In this document: piece by piece, positions 26,945 through 37,920 of the stretch
Layout of the letters: every line of letters begins with the position of its first letter
Position numbering within the stretch: position 1 is the stretch's first letter
Assembly: GCF_000143415.4 (NCBI RefSeq)
Contig: NW_003314378.1
Coordinates: 1-64,000 of the forward strand
DNA length: 64,000 nucleotides
Direction of reading: 5' to 3'
Source of the DNA: Selaginella moellendorffii
Taxonomy: Eukaryota; Plantae; Lycopodiophyta
Made by a program: the position numbers and the translations under genes
Notes under the pieces: model-generated
The model's input: the letters and a program-made list of their open reading frames with translations, nothing else
What the model was told of the DNA's origin: nothing
Databases searched by the model: none

Positions 26945-27065
26945 CCGGAAATAGCTCACAGATTTAAGCACCCACAATAGAAATTAGAAAATAATTTCCA
27001 TAAAGTGGTGATACTTCTGATAGAAACTTCAGGCTTGAATTGTAATTTGCCAAAAACTCTGCTGG

Positions 27066-27226
27066 AAGTAGAAGGTATGTAGCTTGGGATCTGCTAAGAA
27101 AGACCAACTCAAGGATATCAATTTCAGGATACTGTCAATCACAAGCGACCATCCCCGCTGTGGGCTGAAATTGATATGCTTGAGTTGGTCTTTCTTAGCA
27201 AAACCCAAGCTACATACCTTCTACTT
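27066..27226. repeat. Inverted repeat/hairpin (~62-bp arms, ~37-nt loop) at the end of the COG2 remnant
   Basis: 27066-27127 pairs with 27165-27226 (3 mismatches); flanked by a 54-bp direct repeat (27012-27065 and 27222-27275). Confidence 0.92.
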
Positions 27227-28238
27227 CTGATAGAAACTTCAGGCTTGAATTGTAATTTGCCAAAAACTCTGCTGGTTTCCCAGGTCAAAGTGTGTCAGGC
27301 TTGCCTGCCACTATCACTGAGCGCACTTCTTTAAGAATGGAGTTTCCAAGAAAATTGAACACATTAAGTCCAGAGTTTTCTGAAAAGAAACAAGACCATA
27401 AGAAAACGAGTGAAAAAAGAAAAAGGCATTTGGAAAGCTTACCAGATGCTACGATATCCAACATGAATTTACAATCTTGAGCAATATGCACCTCAACCTG
27501 TTTATAGTCTTCCTCTGGCTTGTCTGCAGCTCCTCCACCCACCAAGTCTTTGGAAGAATTCCCAGGAAAAATCCTGGAGACACACAATTGTGATACGAAA
27601 AGCCTCTTCAGCTCCAGCAGTGTCGTCAATAGCCACATAAGCACGTAGACACGCCTTTCCAGCCTTTCTCGTCACGCCTTTCCAGCCTCGTTTTAATACA
27701 CTTCTCCAAGTTTTCTCTCAAGGAGGCATTGGCATTCTGGATCCTCTTTTCTATGGTTTTGATAAACGGTGACAAGAAAGATAAGTGTCACCTTTTCTGA
27801 AAAATAGAACTTCACCTGGACGTGGGCAACATAGAACTTTAGACAATTCATCTCACTCGCAATTCGCTCCAACAATCAACTCCTCAGGTCGTCACCACTG
27901 TTGTCGACTGGATCCAGAGATCCTTCACTGCCACTCACTAGATTTCTATTGGAAATTCTATTTTCCTTGAGCTCCAGCAAGAGCTTCTCGATCTGCAAGC
28001 AAGCTAGGAGTTGACACCATCGCGCATGGTGACGAGCTTACCTTGCAGCTCTTGCAATGGTGTGAGCATCCGGAGCACAGCACTGTCCACATCCATGAGC
28101 TGTGTGCTGAGGCGCACGAAATCGTTGTAATCCCTGTTGATGAGATCGACGAGCTCGTTCTTGAGCACTGCAAGGTGACTGTGCAGCTCGCCATGCAGCG
28201 CCTCGAGCAGCATGAAGCTGTGCAGGCTAGTCAAAACC
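27218..28238 (-). pseudogene. COG2: Conserved oligomeric Golgi complex subunit 2 fragment (intron-containing pseudogene)
   Basis: ELHSHLAVLKNELVDLINRDYNDFVRLSTQLMDVDSAVLRM, LLERIASEMNCLKFY and SGLNVFNFLGNSILKEV...PGKPAEFLANY match plant COG2; stops, frameshifts, truncated. Confidence 0.88.
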
Positions 28239-28309
28239 CTGAAAAATAAAACTCGAGTTTGTGTGTAAACAGAGCACACTAAAATAAACAAATTTGTGAG
28301 CTTCGAAGT

Positions 28310-29400
28310 GGATTTGTTTAAGTCTACTACATAAGTAGTGAGAATGTTTCTAAGCTCTGTAGCAGCAACATGAGGCTCCGGTCACCAGCCTTGTGGTTGA
28401 TTAGTCATTGGCTCAGGCTCAATGTCTATTTCTCCTATGTTGGAGTTGCAATAACATAATTGTTTTGAGGAAGAGTTCATTCTACAGAAAAGCTCAATCA
28501 GGTGGGATTCTTAATGGACCAGCAGTCTCAAAAGGCCAATAGTACATCATCAAAGACTTAGGATACTACAAGCTTCTGTGGTTGGTTATACCATTTCCAA
28601 GTGCAAATGGAATTGAATTGAGAGAAGCATTTAACTTTTACTTGTTGTTTTTGAGGATGGTATGTGAGAAAAGTTTCAGATTGCTTAAAGGTCATTGGAG
28701 GATGTTTAGGAAGCTAGTTGAAGTTGAGACCATCACTCAGCTAACAGTTGCCATAAAAACAGCTTGCATTTTGCATAACTTCATTATTGGTATAGGTGAG
28801 GATCTCCAACTCGAATATCTAGAGACCTTGCTTCACTATTCATGATTTCTTGCATGACAATTGAGTAATCCTTGTCGTTGTTGTAATAATCATTTGCAAA
28901 AGCATTTCTAGGAAGCTCAACTTTGAAATGCGTGTAGTCAATTGCACCACAGCAATTTGGGAAGCCATGAAGACTCTTGAAACTTATTTTTACTGCTGAT
29001 AGATCTACTGGCCACACAAGAAATTGTCTTAAATGCTGGAATAGGAAACTTCTGACAATACTTTTGGACAGTTACTTTAGAAACACTGAAATGCTCTACT
29101 AAACTAGCAAAAGATAAAGCAATGGCAACTTGCTTACCAACATGAACATATCTAGATTGAATGTTTCTCAAACTTAGAGGTGGTGCTATTTGCATTGATG
29201 GAGTAACAAATTCATAGATTGTCATGAACTACTCCTTAAAAACTCTGAAGAACTCTCTCCACCTTGTTGGATTTTGCATTTCAAACTTGTCCACCCAATG
29301 ACAAGACCTTGGTTTGATATAGAAATCTCCCTCTTGAAATAAGTTCAATTGCAACGAATTCCCAACTACTGCCAAGCACATGTGATAATACACTAGCACT
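28310..29400 (-). pseudogene. PIF/Harbinger DDE nuclease (DDE_Tnp_4/HARBI1-like) pseudogene with internal inversion
   Basis: Minus strand KQVAIAL...GFPNCCGAIDYTHF...DYSIVMQ; the C-terminal block RMVCEKSFRLLKGHWR...ACILHNF lies on the plus strand (~28436-28802). Confidence 0.88.
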
Positions 29401-29650
29401 GATTGTTGTTGAAGAGCAACTTCAAGCCTCTCATCCTCAAGATATTTTCTAAGACACTAGATCTTTTATAAGCAACAACCAACTGTTCATCCCATATGAA
29501 CCCTAATAATGTAGCATTAATCAATGACAAATCAGCATTGACTTAACTTGATTTTAAAATATTCTAGAATAATCTAACATAGATGATGGTTACATGTACC
29601 GTCATTTTATCACCGTCAGCAGACTGTGACAGTCACATGTGCAGCATCTA

Positions 29651-29676
29651 TAAAGCCATTAAAGATTGGCCTTTAG
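29651..29676. repeat. Inverted repeat, left copy (partner 33268-33292)
   Basis: TAAAGCCATTAAAGATTGGCCTTTAG; matches the reverse complement of 33268-33292 at 25/26 (one indel). Confidence 0.9.
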
Positions 29677-29809
29677 TCGGGGGCGGAAAGTTTGTTTTTA
29701 AGGCGGGGGGAGAAATTTCCAGGTAATAAAAGGGTGAAAAAACGGCCCCCAAAAGCACCAAAGGATTATACCCAGACAACGGTGGCTAGGGTTAACAGGA
29801 TCTGAGACT

Positions 29810-32800
29810 ATGGAGGAGATTGTAGAGTTCATCGAAGACATAGATGGAGCAGAAGGTTGCGAGTTCTATCTTAACGATGGTAGAGTGGCAGTAAATGATG
29901 TTCTCCAGGAGTTCTTGGCTGTTTCTATCATTGTGAAGCTCAATGGGCAAGGCAGGGTCAGGTGGAGACGTCTACAGGCAGGGGAAGACGGCCTGAGCAG
30001 GTCTACGTATCTGCCTGGATCTTCTCATACTATTCGGGCAACGAGGGCTCCTACACGTAAGTAGCGTTGCCTGGATCTGCCTCCCTGGTGAGCTTTGTGG
30101 TCTTTGAATCTGAGTAAGGATGTGTTCTTCCTGGGCTGTGCTCCTCTTGAGTTATTTAGGAGTCTGCTTTGCTCGTTTCGCCCTTTGCCGGCTGGTTGTT
30201 TTGCCTCAGGAGTATGGTGCTATTCAGCCTGCTTGTTCCCTGGCTATGGCCGAGTACTGACAAGTTTATATTTCTGTTTCAGCGACCCTGCCGATAACCC
30301 TTCAAGCTGCGCCAGGTAAGCACTTACTGAGCAAAACCACGTCTTGGCTGGAACTTGGCGTTTTCTTGTCGTGGTGCTAGTGCGGCTATAGGGTGTCCGG
30401 GCTGCTGATGGTCTTTTTTTTGGCTCTGTAGCTTGTAGAACGTTTTGCCTGGATTTTCGGCATTGTGGCTCTCATATGCTTTTCAGCTTAATGTGTTGCT
30501 TTTCTGTTTAATGTGTCTATCGGTTTGCTTCTGCTCGTCTCACTTTTTTTTTGCTTTTTGGCGTCTTTTACTTTTGCTTCTACTACTGGCAAGTTTGTGT
30601 TGTAGTGTCGAGGTTGCTGGATGTATACACAAAACAACTGGAGGATGCAAGGTTTTTTCACGGGATGCCGGCGAGGAGGGTGCCAGGCTGCAAGGTGCCG
30701 CTTCTGGACAACGGTGGGCAGCCGTGTTTACATACGGACTTGGGAGATTATTTTACTTTGGTCGGAAGGGAGGAGATGATTCAGCATCTTATGGCTGCCA
30801 CTGCACGGGTCTTTGCAACTTTCATGAACAAGACGGCCAGTGCCTCAGATATTGAACGAAAAGAGTTCTTGTTGATGGTCATCGGATTTCCCGGAGCAGG
30901 TAAAACAACTGTCGGGACATGTCTCTCAGCTCTTTTCAGAGAAGCGTGGGAGAGGGACACAAAAACAGGGACTATAGATGCCATTCTCGGCGACCAGCTA
31001 GGTTACAGTGGGCTTGCCACTCAGTTCAAGGAAGTGGTGAACAACGTGTTGGAGACTGGCAAAGATCTTAGTATGTACCATTCGGTTGAAACGACCATGG
31101 CGGGGGGTGCACTTCTGCTCGAGAACGGCCTGGAAGGCGCACAGGTTTTGGCCCTTCGGTCCTTGCATGCAGCACTTAGTCCAATGAATACGACTGCATA
31201 TGGTGATTTTCTCAAGGAGTTGGATGACAAATTTCCGGGCCTGAGGAATGTGCTGACTTTCAGAGATGTGATCGACTTCATTCGAACTGGTCTTAAGGTT
31301 CCTGCCGACAAGCGAATTTTTCTATCTTGGTTTTTTGATGGAGGCCTCCGAGCTGCATCGTCCTGGATTCATGAAGCTTTCTCGGCCTATGTTCGACATA
31401 TCAAAGGTAACCGAGGTGGCCTGACGTTTCCTGTACTTACAGTAGCAACGACCCGATTTTCTGGGGCCACAATGCGTTACACATCAACGGAGAAGGCAAC
31501 AAGTATTTTTATACCTATTAGGCCTTTGAATGAGGAGGAGGTGGTAAATGTAACGACAATCTTCCTTTCAAGACTAGGAAATACTCTCGGCATGGAGAGA
31601 CCATTTGAGTTGAAGGACGGACTAAGGAATCTGATAAAGTTAGCAGGAGGTAATCCTAGGATGCTTGATCACCTTTTGAGAGGGTTGATGCCCGAGCACC
31701 CTCATCTCGATGCTGCGAAGTTCTATGAGAAGGTTTATTCGGCTCTTTTTTGTCTTTTTTCTTGATGTGATGAGAAGTTTTTTTATGTTTGTTACAGGTG
31801 AATCAAGATCTCACCCAAACCGATCTCCGTGATACAATAAGGAACGCGTGGAGTACTATCAAACGCGGTTATTATTTTCACTACCTTGTGGACAAGAGGT
31901 ATTTGTTGGTGCTACGAGCTCTTTATGTTGCGCTGCTGGGGACCCTGATCAGTCGGGACGAACTGGTCTGGCCAGGTAGCAGATACAAAGATAAGTGGGG
32001 ATTTTTAGAGTCTTGCGGTTTAGTTGCACTCTTACGCAACGAGGTACTTTTCTGATATTTCAGAAGTTCATGTGAGTGGTTATGTGGTGTTAATGTACAG
32101 GAGCCGTCACCCAATAAGCACATAAACTTATCGAAACAGGAAGACACGAAGAATGGAATGCGCTCTTTTTCCGTCATGTTCTCTCCACTCCTTATTTACC
32201 ATCTTGTCGAGAACCTACATGTGGCGGAGCTGAAACATTTATGGCCTCCTATACTGGATTCTAATCCCAAGGTTAAGGAGGTATCAGACCTTATGTGCAT
32301 TGTCTTCATGATATACATGGGTAAGCTTTTTCATGATCGCGAGAAGAAGGACACGGTGTTTGAGTTCACACTCAAAGACATTCTCCCCTCAAATTTCCGC
32401 GTTCCTGCACGTATGCAGGCTTTGAAGTTCCAGTTGCCAGCTGGTGCAACGTTTGGACCTCCGAAACGTCAGCCCCATCAGATAGATACAGCAGACGTAT
32501 TTCAGGCCTTTCTAAGAGAGGACAGGCAGCAGTTTTATTGGGTTGGCAACCATGGACCTGATAGCTTCATCCATCTGCAGCTGGTGGATCTTCAGAACAA
32601 GCTGCAGGACTTCTTTTTATTTATTGAGAGCAAACGCGCGGATGTTTATGAAGGACAGCAAGCCAAGTGGGAAGAAGACTTTCTGAAGAAGATATGGACG
32701 ATGGAGCAATGGATGCCAGGTACTTAATTTTTCTTTGTGGATGGTTAAATGTGTCTTTTCAGATGGGAATTACGCCATGGTTTTTATGACCGATCAAGCA

Positions 32801-33137
32801 GTGTATAACGTGATTTCCAAAGTCAAAAGTTCCAACAGGATGGTTGTGCCAAAGGTTGATAAAGGTCAACACTTGTATCCACAGCAGAGTCCATTTGGTA
32901 AGTAATTGACTCTTTTTGTTATTCTTAGTTTTTATTGATCTATGTGTAGGTTTATTCAGTGCTGTGAGGCACACACCGATGCTAGCTGCTGCAAGTTTTG
33001 ATCCGGACTACGAACCTAGTAATGAGGATAATGAGAGTGGTGATGAGGAAGATGACTGTGGTGATGAGGGTGATGAGGAAGATGACTCTGGTGATGAGGG
33101 TTGTGATGAGGATGATAATGAGTTTAGCCTACTCTAA
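29810..33137 (+). CDS. Crinkler-RHS (CR)-like protein: N-terminal header + P-loop NTPase + PD-(D/E)xK nuclease + acidic tail; 7 exons, 864 aa
   Basis: Exons 29810-30056, 30283-30315, 30606-31732, 31798-32043, 32101-32719, 32763-32897, 32950-33137; all GT-AG, phases consistent, 2595 nt, no internal stop. Motifs: LVGREE, Walker A GFPGAGKT, hhhhD SWFFD, IRPLNEEE, AGGNPRML, nuclease GPDSF...LFIESK. Confidence 0.82.
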
Positions 33138-33267
33138 AAATTCCTGAATGAGAATCAAGAAAACTCTCTATGACTCCATACCTGATGCATAAAAGAGGGA
33201 AAATAACTGGAACTTGCCTAGTAGTGCTCATCCTGCTTTACAGGGGAAGCTTCCACTAAAATCCAAT

Positions 33268-33292
33268 CTAAAGGCCAATCTTTAATGCTTTA
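33268..33292. repeat. Inverted repeat, right copy (partner 29651-29676)
   Basis: CTAAAGGCCAATCTTTAATGCTTTA, 130 nt after the CR-like stop codon. Confidence 0.9.
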
Positions 33293-34239
33293 GAAGGCAA
33301 GAGGCCAAGGGCTGATTCCACTCATATATGACACTACTGCTGCTGCAAAGACCCTCCATGTACTTCTTTGTAACTTTTGAGAAACCAAGAGTAACAAATC
33401 TGCGAAAGCTACTGGCTGGCTGCGAGCATTGTAACTAGATTTATTCATCATATTACCTATTTGTTAAAAACCTTTTACCTCCTCAAAATAATGGATTGAT
33501 GATGGAACAGGATGGTCTGTACAATGGTCATGGGTTTGCTCTGGCCATGGCACCAGCACAAAGGTTAGATGGATATAACAACTATGCCATCCAAGGACCA
33601 CCATAAGCCTGTAATTCTGCTGCTTGGGTGAAGAGGAGGACATTGAAGGTAGTAGATGGTAGGAAGAGTTTTCCAACACATACAACAGTGATGGAAAGTA
33701 AAAACCATCAAGACGAATATGAAGTACTTTTGCTCATCATGGTGGCATGCCTTGTTGCAAGATGGGAGAACTTCATTTTCAAGGTTTAGCCCCAACTAGT
33801 TTTTGAATGGTGAAGTTTTTTAGCTATTCACTACAGAATAAGGCAATTGATGATGAAGTGGCATTCAGTGATAATCTATATAAAGCACTATTACAATGCA
33901 TCACCTACAAACAATCCCAAGAAGGTAAATTAGTTTGAGACTAGGCTTGCAGACCAGAAACCCAACTTCAACACACAAGCTAAACAGATTGGTGTTATGT
34001 CAGATTTAAGCACCCATAATAGAAATCAGAAAATATTTTCCATAAAGTGGGCAACAATAGCTTCACATGCAGTTGAGAATGATAACATGCACAAACCTAA
34101 CACCATACACATTAATGTTCTCTACTCATCCAAAAAGAATTTGAACTTTGCTCATTCGAATGGTGAAGTGATTGCTATAGTGCTTTCCATGCCATATCTT
34201 GCTATAACTTTTAGTGCGTACTACATGAAGCTGAGAAGT

Positions 34240-35210
34240 CTTCACTAGTGGTATTAGATAGAGTTTGAGGTTCTTTATATACATCCACAAAGATTGAGAG
34301 AAGTTTTTTGGGTTTATTCACTTTTCTTTGTGATGAGCTTGTTCCAAAATTGGCCAGGAGGCCTCCTCCAGATTTGGCAAAAATACTAAGGTGGCACTTG
34401 CTTGTTTCAAAGAAAATAGCTATTGCTTTGAAACACTTGGCATTTGGGGATATGTGGTGAATGATTTAATGCATTTGGAGTGACTTCATGCACTACTCAA
34501 GCTTGTCTATGGCATTTTAGGTATGCATTATTTAAGCATGAAGGACTAATGATCCATTGGCCAAATGAGAAAAGAATGAATGAAGTTATAGCAAGATTTC
34601 AAAGATTGCGTGGATTCTCAAATTGTTGTGATGCAATGGATGGCACTCACATTGCAATCAAGCTCCCAAGATCAGGGTTCACAACAAATTGGTATGTTAG
34701 GGCAAGAAAATACTATTCAATGGTAGATAATAAAACTTCATTCTTTGACATAACAACAAGGATAACAAATAATATTCCAAATAGATGAGTTTGGAATTCT
34801 AGTGGTTTGAAGGATTGAAAAGAAGTGTTTATGTAACCTAGTGTACCACACAAAGTTCGAGGGGATTCCATAGTGGAGGATATGATTAATTTTGGTTAAT
34901 AGGTTCATGGCAAAAAGGTACAACTTCCTTCATTCTTCTACATGGATTGTTGTCAAGTGATCTTTTGGAATTTTGAAGAGGCAATGAAAATTGCTAGCTT
35001 AGAAAGGATTCAGAGGACATCAAAGCATCTTTGCAAACAATATCATGGCTTGTTGCATATTGCATAACTTAATGATCACAAAAAATGACAAGTTCATGGA
35101 AAATCTTAACTCTAACAGATTTAACCTCCACAAAAGGTCTCTTCATTTAGCCAAAGATGGCATAATTTTGAGAGATACTGTGGAAAAATTTGTTGAGAGT
35201 TTGGAATGAT
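34240..35210 (+). pseudogene. Second PIF/Harbinger DDE nuclease pseudogene
   Basis: KKIAIALKHLAFG, IHWPNEKRM...GFSNCCDAMDGTHI, SFGILKRQ, ACCILHNL; many stops and frameshifts. Confidence 0.88.
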
Positions 35211-35757
35211 AGTACTTTATTCAATACAATGTTTCTGCATGAACTTGCATCATGAGATATTGATATTTTGTGAGACTAGACGCTATGCTACTGGTCAGTG
35301 AACATGAGAATCCAGAACACAAAAACAGTACCATAGTCCATATAGAATGAAAAAAGGAAATAAGATCCATGAGGAAAAGCTATAAGCTCGCTAGCTAGTC
35401 TTGCAAAGCTTACCATGATCCAGATGTGAAGAGGATACGCATCAGCCTTGTTGGAACTTTGGGCCAAGGCTGTCGATTTCTCCCACAGATCCTATCAAAC
35501 AGCGACTCCATGGATGTCACTGCGAAGAAATTGCAAGAAGAAAAGACAAAGTAGTGTTTGTGACGAGCCAGAACGAAGCACCTTCCATTTTGAAGTTCCC
35601 TAAAAGTCAATGTTCTCCACAACAGTGGATGCATTGTATGACCCTGCAAACATTCCAAAAAATTCTATCAGCCTTCTAATCGAGCCCCGTTATACTTATC
35701 TCTCAAATTTGAGTTGTGCAAAGTGAGGGCACCGCAAATCATGCATGGCAGCATCAC

Positions 35758-36345
35758 TCAGCTGGCCTTGAGCTTGGGCAGGCTAAGGAAGAAGTCCGTC
35801 AACACCGTCTCGTATGCAGGCATCTGGTGAAATAGTTGACGTGGTAGTGGTTCCTGGCTACCACAGATGAGTCCCAGATAAGATTGAAGTTGAAGATCTG
35901 GAGCCCTCAATCCCTTGGCCAGCTCCGCCACAAACTTGGTCGGTGGGAGGCAGTCCGATGCCCCACAGATCTGCAAGAAGCACAGTGCCTCCAACCGGTT
36001 GAGCTCGTCCTCAGGCACATCCGGGAGGGACCTCCGCTTGACACACTTGACGTAGTTGCCCACCACGTACATCTTGAAGATGACGCCACCATGGTTGAAG
36101 AATTCCTGGAGGACAACCGGCAGCTTGAACTTGGTGAGACCCTCTTGGTTGAAGGTGAGAGACATGGCATGGGAGTTTGTGCTGCCATTGGCCACCAGCA
36201 GCTTGGTGATCACCGGGAACTTGGGGCTGCTCATTGCCTTGAGATCGCCCTGGCAATCCGCCCTCAAAGGTCTCCTGTTCGTCACCCAACTGGAGGTCCG
36301 ACACCACCTGGAGCATCTAGATGCGGTTTGTGAATGGAGGATGCT
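35758..36345 (-). pseudogene. ITPK1: Inositol-tetrakisphosphate 1-kinase fragment
   Basis: FPVITKLLVANGSTNSHAMSL, PVVLQEFFNHGGVIFKMYVVG...VKRRSLPDV; N-terminally truncated, frameshifted, internal deletions. Confidence 0.88.
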
Positions 36346-37920
36346 CACTCACCAGCCATGGCAATCCAATCTGGAGCAGCTTCAATGCCAGGGTTCCCAA
36401 TACACCCAAGTAGACAATACTAGAGAACCCTAGCTCTTTGCATTCTTTGCCTTCTCCTTGAACAAGGCATTTGAAAAGTTTATCTTCCCTCCTGACTACT
36501 GGAGACAGCTTGCTGATTCACTTCTGTGCCTGCTCAAGTGATCGGTGGAAGTTCAGAAACTTCTCTACGGTTGGTTGAGTATTTCTATAAACATACTGCC
36601 AAAAAAGAAATAAAAGAAGTGTAAAAGAGCAATGGCCTTGTGAAGAAACTTGAGTACCACACCAAGCATCAACATGCTTATTCTGTGATTCAGGAATTGA
36701 CCATGGACAAAATCTGGATTGATGAAATGTGTATGTACTATTCCCCAATGCCCCTTAGGGGCTAAAAACAATATCGAGAGTGCACTCTTAAAGATACTAA
36801 CAAGACTACAAGCACGGATGCCCGGTGCTGCTTGTGGGATGCCTGCCTTCCAGGTGACTCCACCGCAAAACTTGAAGCCACCTGCTACACTCCACGACAC
36901 TCGAGACTGCTACAGAACACTCCACCATCAACATGCATCCAGTGCCAAAACGATGCCCGATCGCAATGCAACTCCAACTCGTAGATCCATGCGAGGTGTG
37001 AACATCCTCCAACTCATAGTCAGAGTGTGCTACCCTGCCTCCTGCATGGGACAAGTGCACTAGCCCATTTTCAAAAGATTCCTAGCCCTAGGGACTAGAG
37101 AAATGGCCCAAGCCTCCTCTTATGGGAGCCAAATGCTCCAGATCTAGCGTTGGAGAGGAAATGTGTGGATCCCCTACACATGCAGCATCTAATTATCTCC
37201 GTTGGCTGCTAGTCCCTATTGTGGTTGCTAGTCCCCATTGTGGCAGCAATCCCTGCCATTGGATCCAAAAATCCTCCCTTCCCGATCATCCTCAAAGCGA
37301 GACATTGTGCATGGTCTTCCAAAGAGAATCTAGAAAGCTGGGAACTTTTTCAAGTCCTAGTTACTCCAAATCACCCATAAAATAACATCCAGCTCCACCA
37401 ATCCTCAATTGCTACTGTCTCTATCACACATCAAGGCAAGCAAGATCACATAGATTTTGGTAAAGAACTCTATTTCTAGAGTTTTTGCAACTGTTTGTCC
37501 ACTGTCGAAATGCCTTAAGAGCCTCCTAATACTGCAACAACCTGCCACTGCTAGCGCTAGAAGCCCTAACTGCCCTCCAACAGGAATCCTAGCTAGCCGC
37601 TGCCCAAGAACCTTAATTCCAGAGTGTGAGCTAGACAAGAGCTGGATCGAGATCAAACTTTGGACTTGCATTTTAACAATTTAAAAAACAAATTTGGCAA
37701 TTCTACTTCTCCTTTGTCACGGTTGATTCCACAAAAGTTTGCCTGAGAAGTTGAAGCTCCTTGCACATCATGTGTGTTCTTTGCAACATCATCACATCTC
37801 TCCTATCTACAGCCACAATTGAAGCTTGGTGCTATTCATCATTAGTTACTTAAATTTTCTCCAAGTCTCATAGCTCAGGTCGTCTCATAAATCTGCTGGT
37901 TCCAGTTCCAATTCCATTAG

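Noticed and set aside
28511-28520. AAAGGCCAAT partial match to the inverted repeat
   Set aside because: Only 10 nt, inside the inverted nuclease coding block; likely chance.
29640-33300. Unambiguous TSD for a CR-gene element
   Set aside because: Only a palindromic TA is available outside the repeats, and TTA vs TAA inside differ, so no TSD can be claimed.
33300-33950. Expected Myb/SANT partner gene of Harbinger
   Set aside because: No Trp-spaced Myb motif found in the frames inspected.
36365-37100. Short ORFs possibly from further captured genes
   Set aside because: No recognisable motifs; cannot support a product.
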